A stretch of DNA of 64,000 nt from Candidatus Obscuribacteraceae bacterium. GTDB taxonomy: Bacteria; Cyanobacteriota; Vampirovibrionia; Obscuribacterales; Obscuribacteraceae. Both the position numbers and the translations under genes were made by a program. A model generated the notes under the pieces. It saw only the letters and a program-made list of their open reading frames with translations, did no database searches and had not been told where the DNA came from. The stretch is taken from assembly GCA_044229845.1 (NCBI GenBank), contig JBGASG010000002.1:32001-96000 (forward strand), in the 5' to 3' direction. Shown one piece after another: positions 40,690 to 49,850 of the stretch (its first letter is position 1; every line of letters begins with the position of its first letter).

Positions 40690-40955
40690 ATGAAATCAGA
40701 CAACATCGCTACGATGATGAAAGAACTCCGCGAGGCTGCCGATCTAACTTTGTCCGAGCTCGCCGTAAGCACCGGACTCTCAACCAGCACCATCCACGAT
40801 ATCGAGCGCGGAAAGCACATTCCCCAGTTCGACTGGTAATAATCTGGAATGCCCTTAACTATGAATTGGTCTCCTTTCCCAGCGACGCCACTCGCTTGCT
40901 CGAACAGATCGCACGCCTTTCTCCGATTACCGAGCCGCTACGGCGCAGCCCATGA
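40690..40955 (+). CDS. XRE-family HTH regulator, apparently frameshifted near 40830-40836 (absent from ORF track)
   Basis: MKSDNIATMMKELREAADLTLSELAVSTGLSTSTIHDIERGKHIPQFD stops at 40839. The expected last helix LVIIWNALNY continues in the -1 frame. Confidence 0.75.
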
Positions 40956-41052
40956 CGCAGATCGAGCCAATGCTGAGCTTGGCGACGGACGCCGGAAGGG
41001 AACAAATGCGCCGCCCCATCAATCTCATCACTTGAGTAGTAGGAGTAGTCTT

Positions 41053-41604
41053 ATGACTGAGCGCAGCGCAGCCGGCAAGAAACAAAAACCTGCGGCCGAA
41101 GGCACCAGCAAAAAACCGAGCCCGCAACATTTCTCTAGTTGCGGTGATTGCCGGGCACACCACGCAGAACATCACACAGGACTGTTTGCTGATCTGGCAA
41201 GAAACGTCTCGTGCGCCGCCGGCAAGCCCAAGACTTTTCTGCTCGCCCTCTCGATCATAGTGGTGTGGGCTGTGACCGGCCCGCTGTTTCATTTCAATGA
41301 CACCTGGCAGCTGGTGATCAACACAGGCACCACTATTATCACGTTCTTGATGGTGTTCTTGATTCAGAACACGCAAAACCGCGAGAGCATCGCCGTGCAA
41401 TTGAAGCTGGACGAAATTATTAGATCGCTCCACGGTGCAAAAAATCAGGCAATCGCACTCGAAGAGCTATCCGAAGACGAACTCGAAGAAATCAAACGAG
41501 ACTACCTGAATGTCGCAGAGAGCGCTGACGAGACAGTCGAAGACGTCGAAGAAGTGGAAAAACGTCGCAGCACTTCCGCCAGGCGCAAGCGAAAGGCTTC
41601 GTAA
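41053..41604 (+). CDS. Low-affinity iron permease (Fet4-like) family protein
   Basis: GPLFHFNDTWQLVINTGTTIITFLMVFLIQNTQNR..LKLDEII; RBS AGGAG. Confidence 0.9.
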   Translation: MTERSAAGKKQKPAAEGTSKKPSPQHFSSCGDCRAHHAEHHTGLFADLARNVSCAAGKPKTFLLALSIIVVWAVTGPLFHFNDTWQLVINTGTTIITFLMVFLIQNTQNRESIAVQLKLDEIIRSLHGAKNQAIALEELSEDELEEIKRDYLNVAESADETVEDVEEVEKRRSTSARRKRKAS

Positions 41605-41653
41605 AGTAGCCGCTCCAACGCCATTCGGAGTCAGGATGCCATGCCACCTGAGG

Positions 41654-42553
41654 TCAGGAAGCCATCTTCCTTTCGGGCAGGAACAGAACGGGCGGCTTGC
41701 CACTTTCCAAAAACTTGATCGTTCGCTGAATGTCGTCGGCTTTCATCTGCGAGTAGCTACTCGTTGAATCTCGCTCCCGGTGCAACCAGTCGATCGTGAT
41801 GCCGTTAGTTTGATAAAACTTCAACTGCTCCTTGAGCGCCTCGATCGTTTTGGGACTGGTGATTCCAGAGGCGGTCGCCACTTCGTTAACGTGCTTTTCG
41901 TGATAGGCTTCCATACCACCGACGGTGGCACGTTGTTCCGATTTGCGCTGCGCGAGAAGCGACTCGGCAACAGCCAACTTGCGCTCACCTAGCTGATCGG
42001 AAGCATGGCGATCACCGAGCAGTTCGCGCACCATTTGGTAACGCATCAGATAATCGAGCATCGCCGGATTTTTGCCTTCACCGGCTGCATCCAACTTGCC
42101 GAGCAACTGCTCGTATTCCTTAGCAGCATTTTCCAGAAATGGCTTGTCGAGCGCAATCGTGTTCGTCTTGCCGCTGGCAAAAGCACTGATCGCCGCCTCG
42201 ATTTTCTGCGCAGTAGCCGCATCGAGATTTTGAAATGGTGCATTGCGCTTTTGCATGATCTGGTCATACGTATCGACCATGTCGAGTCCCTGGTCGAACT
42301 TGCCGTCACGAAACGCCTCGTACACTTGCGTGAGTAACTTATCGGTATAGGCAGGCGCCATCATTTCCGGAGTGATGACCTTGCGGTCGCCCTCCATCAC
42401 CGAAACATTGGGCGCCACATCCAGCGTCTGCACCGCCCGATCGCCTCGCCGATCAGGCAGGGGTGGATTCTCAGGCGTAATCGCCGCTGCCGGCACGGGT
42501 CTGACCGGCGCCTCAATGCGCTCCAATTGGGTTGGGGGCTGATCGGTCACCAC
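41654..42553 (-). CDS. Hypothetical alpha-helical protein
   Basis: 299-aa ORF with plausible composition; no recognised motif. Confidence 0.6.
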   Translation of the reverse strand: MVTDQPPTQLERIEAPVRPVPAAAITPENPPLPDRRGDRAVQTLDVAPNVSVMEGDRKVITPEMMAPAYTDKLLTQVYEAFRDGKFDQGLDMVDTYDQIMQKRNAPFQNLDAATAQKIEAAISAFASGKTNTIALDKPFLENAAKEYEQLLGKLDAAGEGKNPAMLDYLMRYQMVRELLGDRHASDQLGERKLAVAESLLAQRKSEQRATVGGMEAYHEKHVNEVATASGITSPKTIEALKEQLKFYQTNGITIDWLHRERDSTSSYSQMKADDIQRTIKFLESGKPPVLFLPERKMAS

Positions 42554-42742
42554 GCCTGGATCCTCCCGTAACTGTCCCGACTGTACCAGAGGGGGCGGGC
42601 GTTTCTAATGTGCAAATCCACAGCTGGAAAGAAACGCCCAAACTTCCGTGCCCGTCAGGATTTAAGGCGACGGGGCGTTCCAGTCGAGGGGCGAAAAACG
42701 GAGGGTCGAGGGCGGCGGGTCGGGGCATATATAGAGGATGGG

Positions 42743-42784
42743 CTCTCCACACTTTTTCCACACTTAATCCACGACAGGGCCACA
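42743..42784 (+). promoter_or_regulatory. Four 9-mers ending in CCAC(A/G) at an exact 11-bp period
   Basis: CTCTCCACA (42743), TTTTCCACA (42754), TAATCCACG (42765) and AGGGCCACA (42776). Confidence 0.55.
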
Positions 42785-42913
42785 CGTTGCGGTTATCTTG
42801 TTGCCCTGAGGAATCGACGCCTCACTCCACCCACCCCCACTCACCCAGTCACTCGCGTCCACAACCATTGACCGAAGGCATCCCGCTGCCCACCTCCTTT
42901 CGAGGCATAGTTA

Positions 42914-45900
42914 ATGAGTCACGAGAACCAGCACAAAAATCTGCCCAACGATCAAGCCAAAGAGGGCGACAAGCAACCATCCATAACCAGCGCCAAGACT
43001 GCTAACGAAAACATTACCGCCGAGCCGCAGGCACCGAGCTATGAGGCGAAGTTTCACTCATTCTCGAGCAGCAGTGATAGCACTGCCACCACCAGTGATG
43101 ACCAACCTCTCCTCGACTTGATCAAACGAGTGACCGGCGGAGGAAACAATACAGAAAGCCAGGGAAGGGCGGTTTCGGAATTCGCCATCGAAGATGCGGC
43201 ACAGGGAGTGGTGCACACCCATCGCGGCGCCGAACGTCTCGGTGCACAAGCGGAGAAGGCAGCGACCGCCGAGCCCGCGCCGCGCCAGTCATTTCTGGAT
43301 GGCTTGAAGAAAATCTTCGACCACGCCTCGTCGCCGGAAGAGCGCGAGCAGATGCAGAGCGCGTTCTCAATTGATTACATGATGCGCAAAGCAAAAGAAT
43401 TCATCGGCGATGTGCAATCTCTGATCACCGGCAAACCTGTCGCTGTGGAGAAACTGCCATACGACCCCTCTACCGGTGCCGATGTGCAACCACTGCCGTT
43501 TCGTCCGGGAGAGAAGGACTCCCAGCCGGTGCCAATGATCATTCGCGAGCGCATGTCACCCGATGAACCGGAAGCCGCTCGCAGCCTGGGAGTGCAAATC
43601 ACTGAGGCTGTGATAAACGCAGCTGGTGCGGATGCATACAATCCGAGCACCGGCACGTTGCAGAATGACGCCGGCGGCGACACCGCCGAGGACAAATCAG
43701 CAGTGCCACCACGGCCGCCTCGTCCGGGAGAGGAGGACGCTCGCCAGCGGGAAGAAATGATAATCCGCCAGCAGATGTCACCAGGTCAAACCGAATCTCT
43801 TCGACTCGGTGGGCAATTCGCTCAAGCCGCAATCGATGCCACCGGCGCAAATGCATACAATCCGAACGCCGGCACATTGCCGATTGACTCCGCGGGGCGT
43901 CCGAGCACCGCCGAGGACAGATCAACAGTGCGACCACATCCGCCTCGTCCGGGAGAGGAGGACGCTCGGCGGGAGGAAATGATCATCCGCCAGCAGATGT
44001 CACCAGGCGAATCCGAAGCCCGTAGAGTCGGCGGGCAATTCGCTCAAGCCGCAATCGATGCCACCGGTGCACGACCATTCCGTCCGGGCATCGACGACGC
44101 CAAAGTCGAGACGCTGCCGTACAAACCCGGCGACAACGACCAGCCAGTACAACAAATAATTCGCGAACAGATCTCAGCTGACTTTCATGCAATCGGAGCA
44201 CTGGGAAACTCACTATCAGATTTCATAACTCAATCAGGCGACCGGATAGCAGGCGTTGTCCAAAGTGCACTGGACTATGCTCAGGATGGACACAAGAAGG
44301 GCGACAGCGCTCCCGCGAAAACCATTCCTCCCGATGGCAGCCTCCCGCAGTACGAAGCTGCACGCGGCGTGTTCCGCGAATACCTCAAGCATGCTTACTC
44401 GGGCGAGCCGGAGCTAACACACTGCATGGTTAAAGCCGGTTTACGGGAGACCGGGAGGTATGAGAAGCTTGTCGACATTGCAGACAATAATCTTCCCAAA
44501 TCAGCAACGCAGCAGCAGCAAGAAGCTTACGTGAAAGAGATCATTCGCGTAAATGGACTTAAACCGTCAGATGGATTTGCTCCACCTGACTCGGTGCTCT
44601 TGCTGCCTGGACACGATGGGAAAGGACACATCATTGTCAGCATCGGCGGACAGACCGTCACAACGGATCAGAGTAACACACGCGTAATCGATACCGGCGG
44701 ATTCCGCACTACAACCCTCACTTCTGATGGTGAACAACACGCAGGTCCAGGTCCATCAGACGGATTTTTTGTACAGAAGGACAAAAACGGCGCGAAACAT
44801 TTTTTTGAGAGACCAGGCAGCCGCGAATTACAGACGAGCGTTGAACCACACATTCAAGAAGCACATAAGCACCTTCTCGAACTGGCTGCCAAACGGATTT
44901 CAGACCCTGAGGACAGGCTGAAGTTCGAAGTAGATATGGCAAGATTCGAACAGCGGGCCGCCGATGCTCATCTGCCACCAAATTCAGTCGTCGATACCTA
45001 CAAAAACATCGAACGACTTCTCAGCGCAGACCACGGGGCGGGACACATCAATAAGCTGGCGATGATTGACCTGGCAGAAGAAGTGATGTCTCAGGCAGCG
45101 CGACCTCGAACTATCACCCAAGGAGGATTTAAAACTTGCCACGTGACGGCTATCGAGTACCACATGTACCGCTTCGACCCTGCTGAAGCATCCAGACTCG
45201 TCGCAGACGTTGCTTTGACAGGTAGGTTCAAATCATCAGACGGGACATCAATCGATTTCAATGATGGTGGCATTCTAGCAACCAACCTGAATACCAAAGA
45301 ACAGGGCACCGCAGATGGTGAACGGACCCTGGCTACCCAACTCTTCAACGGCACCACGGTAAATCTCGTTTATCAAAAGGAAGGTGGTGAGAAGAAGTAC
45401 GGTCTTGTTACACCCAACAGAAAGGACCATGGCGACTCCGGCGAGCGCCTCTTCGAAGACGGAGTAGAAATTGATCGTGACCCCGACCTGAATGACGATC
45501 AAGTCGTGAGAGCATACCGAATCCTGACTCAGCCGATACAAAAGGCTGGCTCACCGGAACCAGAAAGTGTCTGGAACCAATTACAACGTCGTCATGCTAG
45601 CCATGAGGAAATTGTCGAAACATTGAAGAAGAGTGAGTGTGTCTACATCTGCAACGCTGACCTTGCGACTGGCGACCGCAAACTGGTTGACTTGGTTCAC
45701 AGCGAAAAAGAATTCTGCTCGCTACTTCAGTGTCTTAAAGAAGCCGGTAAGCTTCCAGTGATGCTCGGAGTTCACACAGCCATTGAGCCCTTTTATACGG
45801 ACTCAGAAGGAGAAAAGCTCGGCGGTGCCGGAGGCCCACATGTTGTGACAATCACAAATTTCCAAAACCCACCAGGACTTGTCGCCATCGACAATCAATG

Positions 45901-46324
45901 GTTCTCGATGATGGATCACACATCTACTGACATCTCGCTGCACCAACTATACCTCTCAACCCTGGAGCCAAAAACGGCCTTAAGTGAGATGCAGCAAACC
46001 GCAAGTGCCAATCGCAACCGGAACCAGATTGATACCGAACTTGAGCTTGACATAGCACGTCTACGCCGTCGGACTGAACAAACCGACGATAGTGACTATG
46101 GATGGGATGTCGCAAAACTGATGAAGGAAGCAAAGCTTCGATGGGAAGAACAGAAGAAAAGCCACACGTTCAATCCAGCAGAACAGCAAAGGGCGCTGCG
46201 CAAGTTTAAGCTGATGAGATCAAATTGGCAAAAGGATTCAGAGCGAGCATTTGGCGAGGGCGATTTGAATAACTGGGATAGGATGATGAAACATGGACGC
46301 AAATCGATAAATGATCCGCAATAA
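42914..46324 (+). CDS. Large effector-like protein: internal repeats, LysM-like domain, papain-like Cys protease
   Basis: ITQGGFKTC (Cys 45137), GPHVVTI (His 45839) and IDNQW (Asn 45893); LysM-like segment AYVKEIIRVNGL..LLLPG. Confidence 0.8.
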   Translation: MSHENQHKNLPNDQAKEGDKQPSITSAKTANENITAEPQAPSYEAKFHSFSSSSDSTATTSDDQPLLDLIKRVTGGGNNTESQGRAVSEFAIEDAAQGVVHTHRGAERLGAQAEKAATAEPAPRQSFLDGLKKIFDHASSPEEREQMQSAFSIDYMMRKAKEFIGDVQSLITGKPVAVEKLPYDPSTGADVQPLPFRPGEKDSQPVPMIIRERMSPDEPEAARSLGVQITEAVINAAGADAYNPSTGTLQNDAGGDTAEDKSAVPPRPPRPGEEDARQREEMIIRQQMSPGQTESLRLGGQFAQAAIDATGANAYNPNAGTLPIDSAGRPSTAEDRSTVRPHPPRPGEEDARREEMIIRQQMSPGESEARRVGGQFAQAAIDATGARPFRPGIDDAKVETLPYKPGDNDQPVQQIIREQISADFHAIGALGNSLSDFITQSGDRIAGVVQSALDYAQDGHKKGDSAPAKTIPPDGSLPQYEAARGVFREYLKHAYSGEPELTHCMVKAGLRETGRYEKLVDIADNNLPKSATQQQQEAYVKEIIRVNGLKPSDGFAPPDSVLLLPGHDGKGHIIVSIGGQTVTTDQSNTRVIDTGGFRTTTLTSDGEQHAGPGPSDGFFVQKDKNGAKHFFERPGSRELQTSVEPHIQEAHKHLLELAAKRISDPEDRLKFEVDMARFEQRAADAHLPPNSVVDTYKNIERLLSADHGAGHINKLAMIDLAEEVMSQAARPRTITQGGFKTCHVTAIEYHMYRFDPAEASRLVADVALTGRFKSSDGTSIDFNDGGILATNLNTKEQGTADGERTLATQLFNGTTVNLVYQKEGGEKKYGLVTPNRKDHGDSGERLFEDGVEIDRDPDLNDDQVVRAYRILTQPIQKAGSPEPESVWNQLQRRHASHEEIVETLKKSECVYICNADLATGDRKLVDLVHSEKEFCSLLQCLKEAGKLPVMLGVHTAIEPFYTDSEGEKLGGAGGPHVVTITNFQNPPGLVAIDNQWFSMMDHTSTDISLHQLYLSTLEPKTALSEMQQTASANRNRNQIDTELELDIARLRRRTEQTDDSDYGWDVAKLMKEAKLRWEEQKKSHTFNPAEQQRALRKFKLMRSNWQKDSERAFGEGDLNNWDRMMKHGRKSINDPQ
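43535..44090 (+). repeat. Intragenic ~225-bp tandem repeat, about 2.5 copies
   Basis: MIIRQQMSPG..GGQFAQAAIDATGA..YNP..GTL..TAED.S..PPRPGEEDAR is repeated at protein and DNA level. Confidence 0.88.
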
Positions 46325-47009
46325 ATTGCCCAACCTTTTAATCGTGCTCCTCGCTTCAATCCTCTTGGTCCAATGCGGAACTCAAACCGCAACCGAAAAC
46401 AAGAAAAAAGGAAAAACCCAAGAAATGCCTCTGAAGCCTGCTCTCAAACACGGCATCGCAGGAGTCGGAGCGGTGAGCCGATTTAGAGTTCCGGACAACT
46501 GGGAATTGACCCGCCACGCAGAGGACGCGCGCGGCTACGGTTACACCTGGAAGCCACTCGGGGAAAAGGACGTCTCTCTCAATGTCTCGTGGGACGGCGG
46601 TATTGTGATGCGTCCTCAGCCAATTCAAGAAATTTTGACCCAGGCTCCGCACGCGTTATCACGCGAGGAAATTGAATCAATCAGGAATCTCCTGGGAGAA
46701 AGGGCGTCTGCCGAAGCTTTCAAGGTTGAAACAGCGAAGACCGAGGATGTTTCTGGATATCGCGTTCTGCGACTATCCGGAACTTACACTGATCAAGACG
46801 TCTACGAAGACACAATTTTTGTCAACTCAGGCGGTGATTGCAGCGGCTTCCAAGAGGTTTCTTTTCTCTCGCCTGCCGCCGATGCAGCGAAGTATCGCAA
46901 AGATGCGGATCAAGCGTTCTCTACTTTGAGAATTGAAGAGAGAGTTCCTGTTCCTAAAGATCCGGCAACCGACACCGCCGATGATACCAGCTCTGATTCA
47001 CCGATATAA
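46311..47009 (+). CDS. Exported/lipoprotein-like protein with ~160-aa PsbP/Mog1-like domain; candidate immunity or partner protein
   Basis: Hydrophobic signal ending in LLVQ-C; overlaps the protease stop by 14 bp; F.VP..W, GY.Y.W.P and QEVSF..P. Confidence 0.7.
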   Translation: MIRNKLPNLLIVLLASILLVQCGTQTATENKKKGKTQEMPLKPALKHGIAGVGAVSRFRVPDNWELTRHAEDARGYGYTWKPLGEKDVSLNVSWDGGIVMRPQPIQEILTQAPHALSREEIESIRNLLGERASAEAFKVETAKTEDVSGYRVLRLSGTYTDQDVYEDTIFVNSGGDCSGFQEVSFLSPAADAAKYRKDADQAFSTLRIEERVPVPKDPATDTADDTSSDSPI

Positions 47010-47234
47010 CGGCACCACTGGCGCTACCAGTGAAGACGCCAGTTTGTTCCACTAATTCCGCCGCCTGCATCCGACTGCACATATGCGGTCTGTCCAAGCG
47101 CGCGACAGTTTCTTCGAAGCGAGTCCGACAATGCCAAGTAGAAGGAGCAAAGGCTTGCTTAACCTGCTGTCTGATGACAACGCATCACGGTATACTAGAA
47201 ATCCTGCTTTTAATTAGTTGGAGATGTGTCTGCA

Positions 47235-49829
47235 ATGGGTCGCGACGACGAGAAGCCGAGCAAGAAGAGCGACTCTTTAGTTGGCGGCTTCATGAAGAAG
47301 ACGCAGGGTTTCCTGAAGTCGGCGTTCCAGGGCGACAAGGCGGGTGGCGGCGCGGCGGCGGGGACCGGAAGCGGAGCCGCCGGTGCTTCGACAGCCGACC
47401 TCGACACAGACTCCGGCACGGGCGCCGCCCCGTCGGCAGATAGCGCGACCGCTGGAACAGTTGCGCAAGCCGAAGAAAAATCGGCATCCGGTGACAAACC
47501 GCAGAAAGGCGGTCTGTTGGGCGGCAAACTGCCCGGGCTCGGCGGCGGCAAGGACAAAGACAAGGACAAAGACAAGGACAAAGCCAGCGCCTCGGCAGAA
47601 ACGCTTGAAGACTGGGCAGGACTTCAAGAAGTCATCGATGAAAAGGTGCAAACCCAGGTTTACCAGGAGCAGTCCGAGTCTGCGTACACGGGCGAAAAGC
47701 CCCTCGCCAAGTCGTCCATCCCTCCCGGCACCTACGCAACCAAAGCCGGGGACACATTTTTATCCATCGCCGAACAACACCTCGGTCCCAAATCGAAAAA
47801 GCCCGACCGCGAGGCATACGCGCGAGAAATCCAGCTGATCAACGGATTGCCTCCGGGCAAAGAGCTGCCGCCCAGCCTGCCGCTGGTGCTGCCGGGACAC
47901 ACCAGGGATGGTGGCTTCGTGATTGCCGACGGCGCCAAAACAATCACCAAGTTCCCCAGCGGCGTCAAAGTTTTCGAAAACGAAGACGACCAGCGCAAAG
48001 GCACCCAGACTCCGGGCACAGACGGCAGCTACACCGAAGAACACACCGGTCCGGGCGCCGCCGACAACTATTTTGTTTCGAAGAACGCCGAAGGCGAGTT
48101 TCAGTATTCGGAGAAGTCCGCGAGCGAACCTTACCAACTGATTCAGGACGAAGCGGTGCAAGCCGCTCACCAGAAGTTGCGCGACCTCGCCGACAGGCAC
48201 ATCGTCGAGCAAGCCGAGAAAACCAAGTTCAACGTGGACATGGCGCGCTTCGAAGACCGGGCGACGAAACGAAACCTGGCCAACGCCGCCGTCATCGAGA
48301 CCTACAAACAGATTTCGCGCCTGCTGGAAGCTCCGGTTCCCGGCTTTGGCGATCGGGGGCTGCGCGCGCCCGTCAACAAACGGCTGCAACTGGCGCAAGA
48401 GTTGCTCGCTCAGTCGGCCGAGCCGAAGACTGTTTGTCAGGGCACTTTCAGCCGCGGTAGCCTGGCTGCCATCGAGCACCATGTCTACCTCGCCGATCCC
48501 GCGAAGATCTGCCGGTTGGTGGTCGACATCGCATTGACCGGAAAGTTCACCGCCACCGACGGCACCAGCCACACGATGTCGCCCGAGTCACTGGAGCCAC
48601 AGTCGCAGCCCAACACAGTTGAAGATGGCTTGCGTTCATTCGCCACGCAACTCTTCCAAGTTGCGATTGCCAACCTCGCGCATGAGAGCGTCGGCTTGCG
48701 CAACACGCCGCAGACCCAGGAAGGCGCCGACAAAAAATATTCCATCGAACCGCTCGATCGCTTGCTCGAACAAGACAACGGCGAGCGGCTTTACGACAAG
48801 GTCAACGGCAAGTGGGAATTGACGGGCGAATCGCCCGGGCTCGACGACGACAAGACAATCGGTTGCTACCTTCTGGTCATGGCCCGCGGCGGCGAGACCT
48901 ACAAAGCCGTCAACAGCACCGCCGAAATGATGAAGTGGTTGCCCGGTCGCACTGGCGTCGGTGTCATGATCGGACACGAAGACCACATCTTCGGATTCGG
49001 CAAATTGCTTGATACCATCAGCAGCGAACGCGACCTGATGTACAAAATCTCCGACATCTCAAAATCCAATCGCCTGCCGGTATTTATTAGAGTGCACACC
49101 GGCAACGAACCCTTCTTGTCCGAGTCGGGCAATCAAACCGCCGGCGGTGCAGGCAACTGGCACGTGCTGGCAATCACCTCATACGAACCGAGCGCTGACG
49201 GCAAGCCAGCTTCCGTCACCATCGACAATCCCTGGCGCGCACGTGCGGAACAACGCAGTGCGACTCTGACTCTGCCCGAATTGCACAAGTCCACCACCTT
49301 GCCTGAGAGAGTCGAGCCGGTATCCGGAAGCGCCGTTTCTAACCTCGGTGCAATCGAAAGCTTCACCGTCCCGGAAGGCTGGAACCTTGGGCGCCGCTCG
49401 GAGCGCGCCTACGGCTACATCTATGCATGGCAGCCGCAGGCACAGACAAACGTCTCACTCAACATCAGCTATCGCGGTCGCCCGCTTTCCGATGCCGATG
49501 CAGCCAAGTTAAAATCAACACTCTCCGGCGGACCGCGCACGCTCTCATCCCATGAAGTTCACGCTCTCAGTGGCACGGTCCGCGAACTGGCAAGCTCCTC
49601 TGCGTTCACTATCAACTCGGCCAAAGTCATCGACGTGGACGGCGTCGCAGCGCTGGAAGTCACCGGCGCATACAAAGATCAATATGTCGACAAGCACGCA
49701 CTGTTCATCAACGCCGACGGCGCCGGTCGCATTGTGCAAGAGATCTCATACATCGCACCGCGCGACAAATATGCAAACTTCGTCGCGACTGCAAAATCAG
49801 CACTGGCATCTCTAAAGCTGAAGAAGTAG
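47235..49829 (+). CDS. LysM-like + catalytically altered papain-like domain fused to the PsbP-like partner domain
   Basis: Colinear with 42914-46324 but QGTFSRG replaces QGGFKTC; WHVLAI and IDNPW are retained. The C-terminal ~160 aa align with 46311-47009. Confidence 0.8.
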   Translation: MGRDDEKPSKKSDSLVGGFMKKTQGFLKSAFQGDKAGGGAAAGTGSGAAGASTADLDTDSGTGAAPSADSATAGTVAQAEEKSASGDKPQKGGLLGGKLPGLGGGKDKDKDKDKDKASASAETLEDWAGLQEVIDEKVQTQVYQEQSESAYTGEKPLAKSSIPPGTYATKAGDTFLSIAEQHLGPKSKKPDREAYAREIQLINGLPPGKELPPSLPLVLPGHTRDGGFVIADGAKTITKFPSGVKVFENEDDQRKGTQTPGTDGSYTEEHTGPGAADNYFVSKNAEGEFQYSEKSASEPYQLIQDEAVQAAHQKLRDLADRHIVEQAEKTKFNVDMARFEDRATKRNLANAAVIETYKQISRLLEAPVPGFGDRGLRAPVNKRLQLAQELLAQSAEPKTVCQGTFSRGSLAAIEHHVYLADPAKICRLVVDIALTGKFTATDGTSHTMSPESLEPQSQPNTVEDGLRSFATQLFQVAIANLAHESVGLRNTPQTQEGADKKYSIEPLDRLLEQDNGERLYDKVNGKWELTGESPGLDDDKTIGCYLLVMARGGETYKAVNSTAEMMKWLPGRTGVGVMIGHEDHIFGFGKLLDTISSERDLMYKISDISKSNRLPVFIRVHTGNEPFLSESGNQTAGGAGNWHVLAITSYEPSADGKPASVTIDNPWRARAEQRSATLTLPELHKSTTLPERVEPVSGSAVSNLGAIESFTVPEGWNLGRRSERAYGYIYAWQPQAQTNVSLNISYRGRPLSDADAAKLKSTLSGGPRTLSSHEVHALSGTVRELASSSAFTINSAKVIDVDGVAALEVTGAYKDQYVDKHALFINADGAGRIVQEISYIAPRDKYANFVATAKSALASLKLKK

Positions 49830-49850
49830 ATTACGCCTGCGGGCTTACTG

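Noticed and set aside
38457..42784. Replication origin suggested by DnaA-like boxes
   Set aside because: The boxes are few and scattered, with no AT-rich unwinding element and no dnaA/dnaN nearby.
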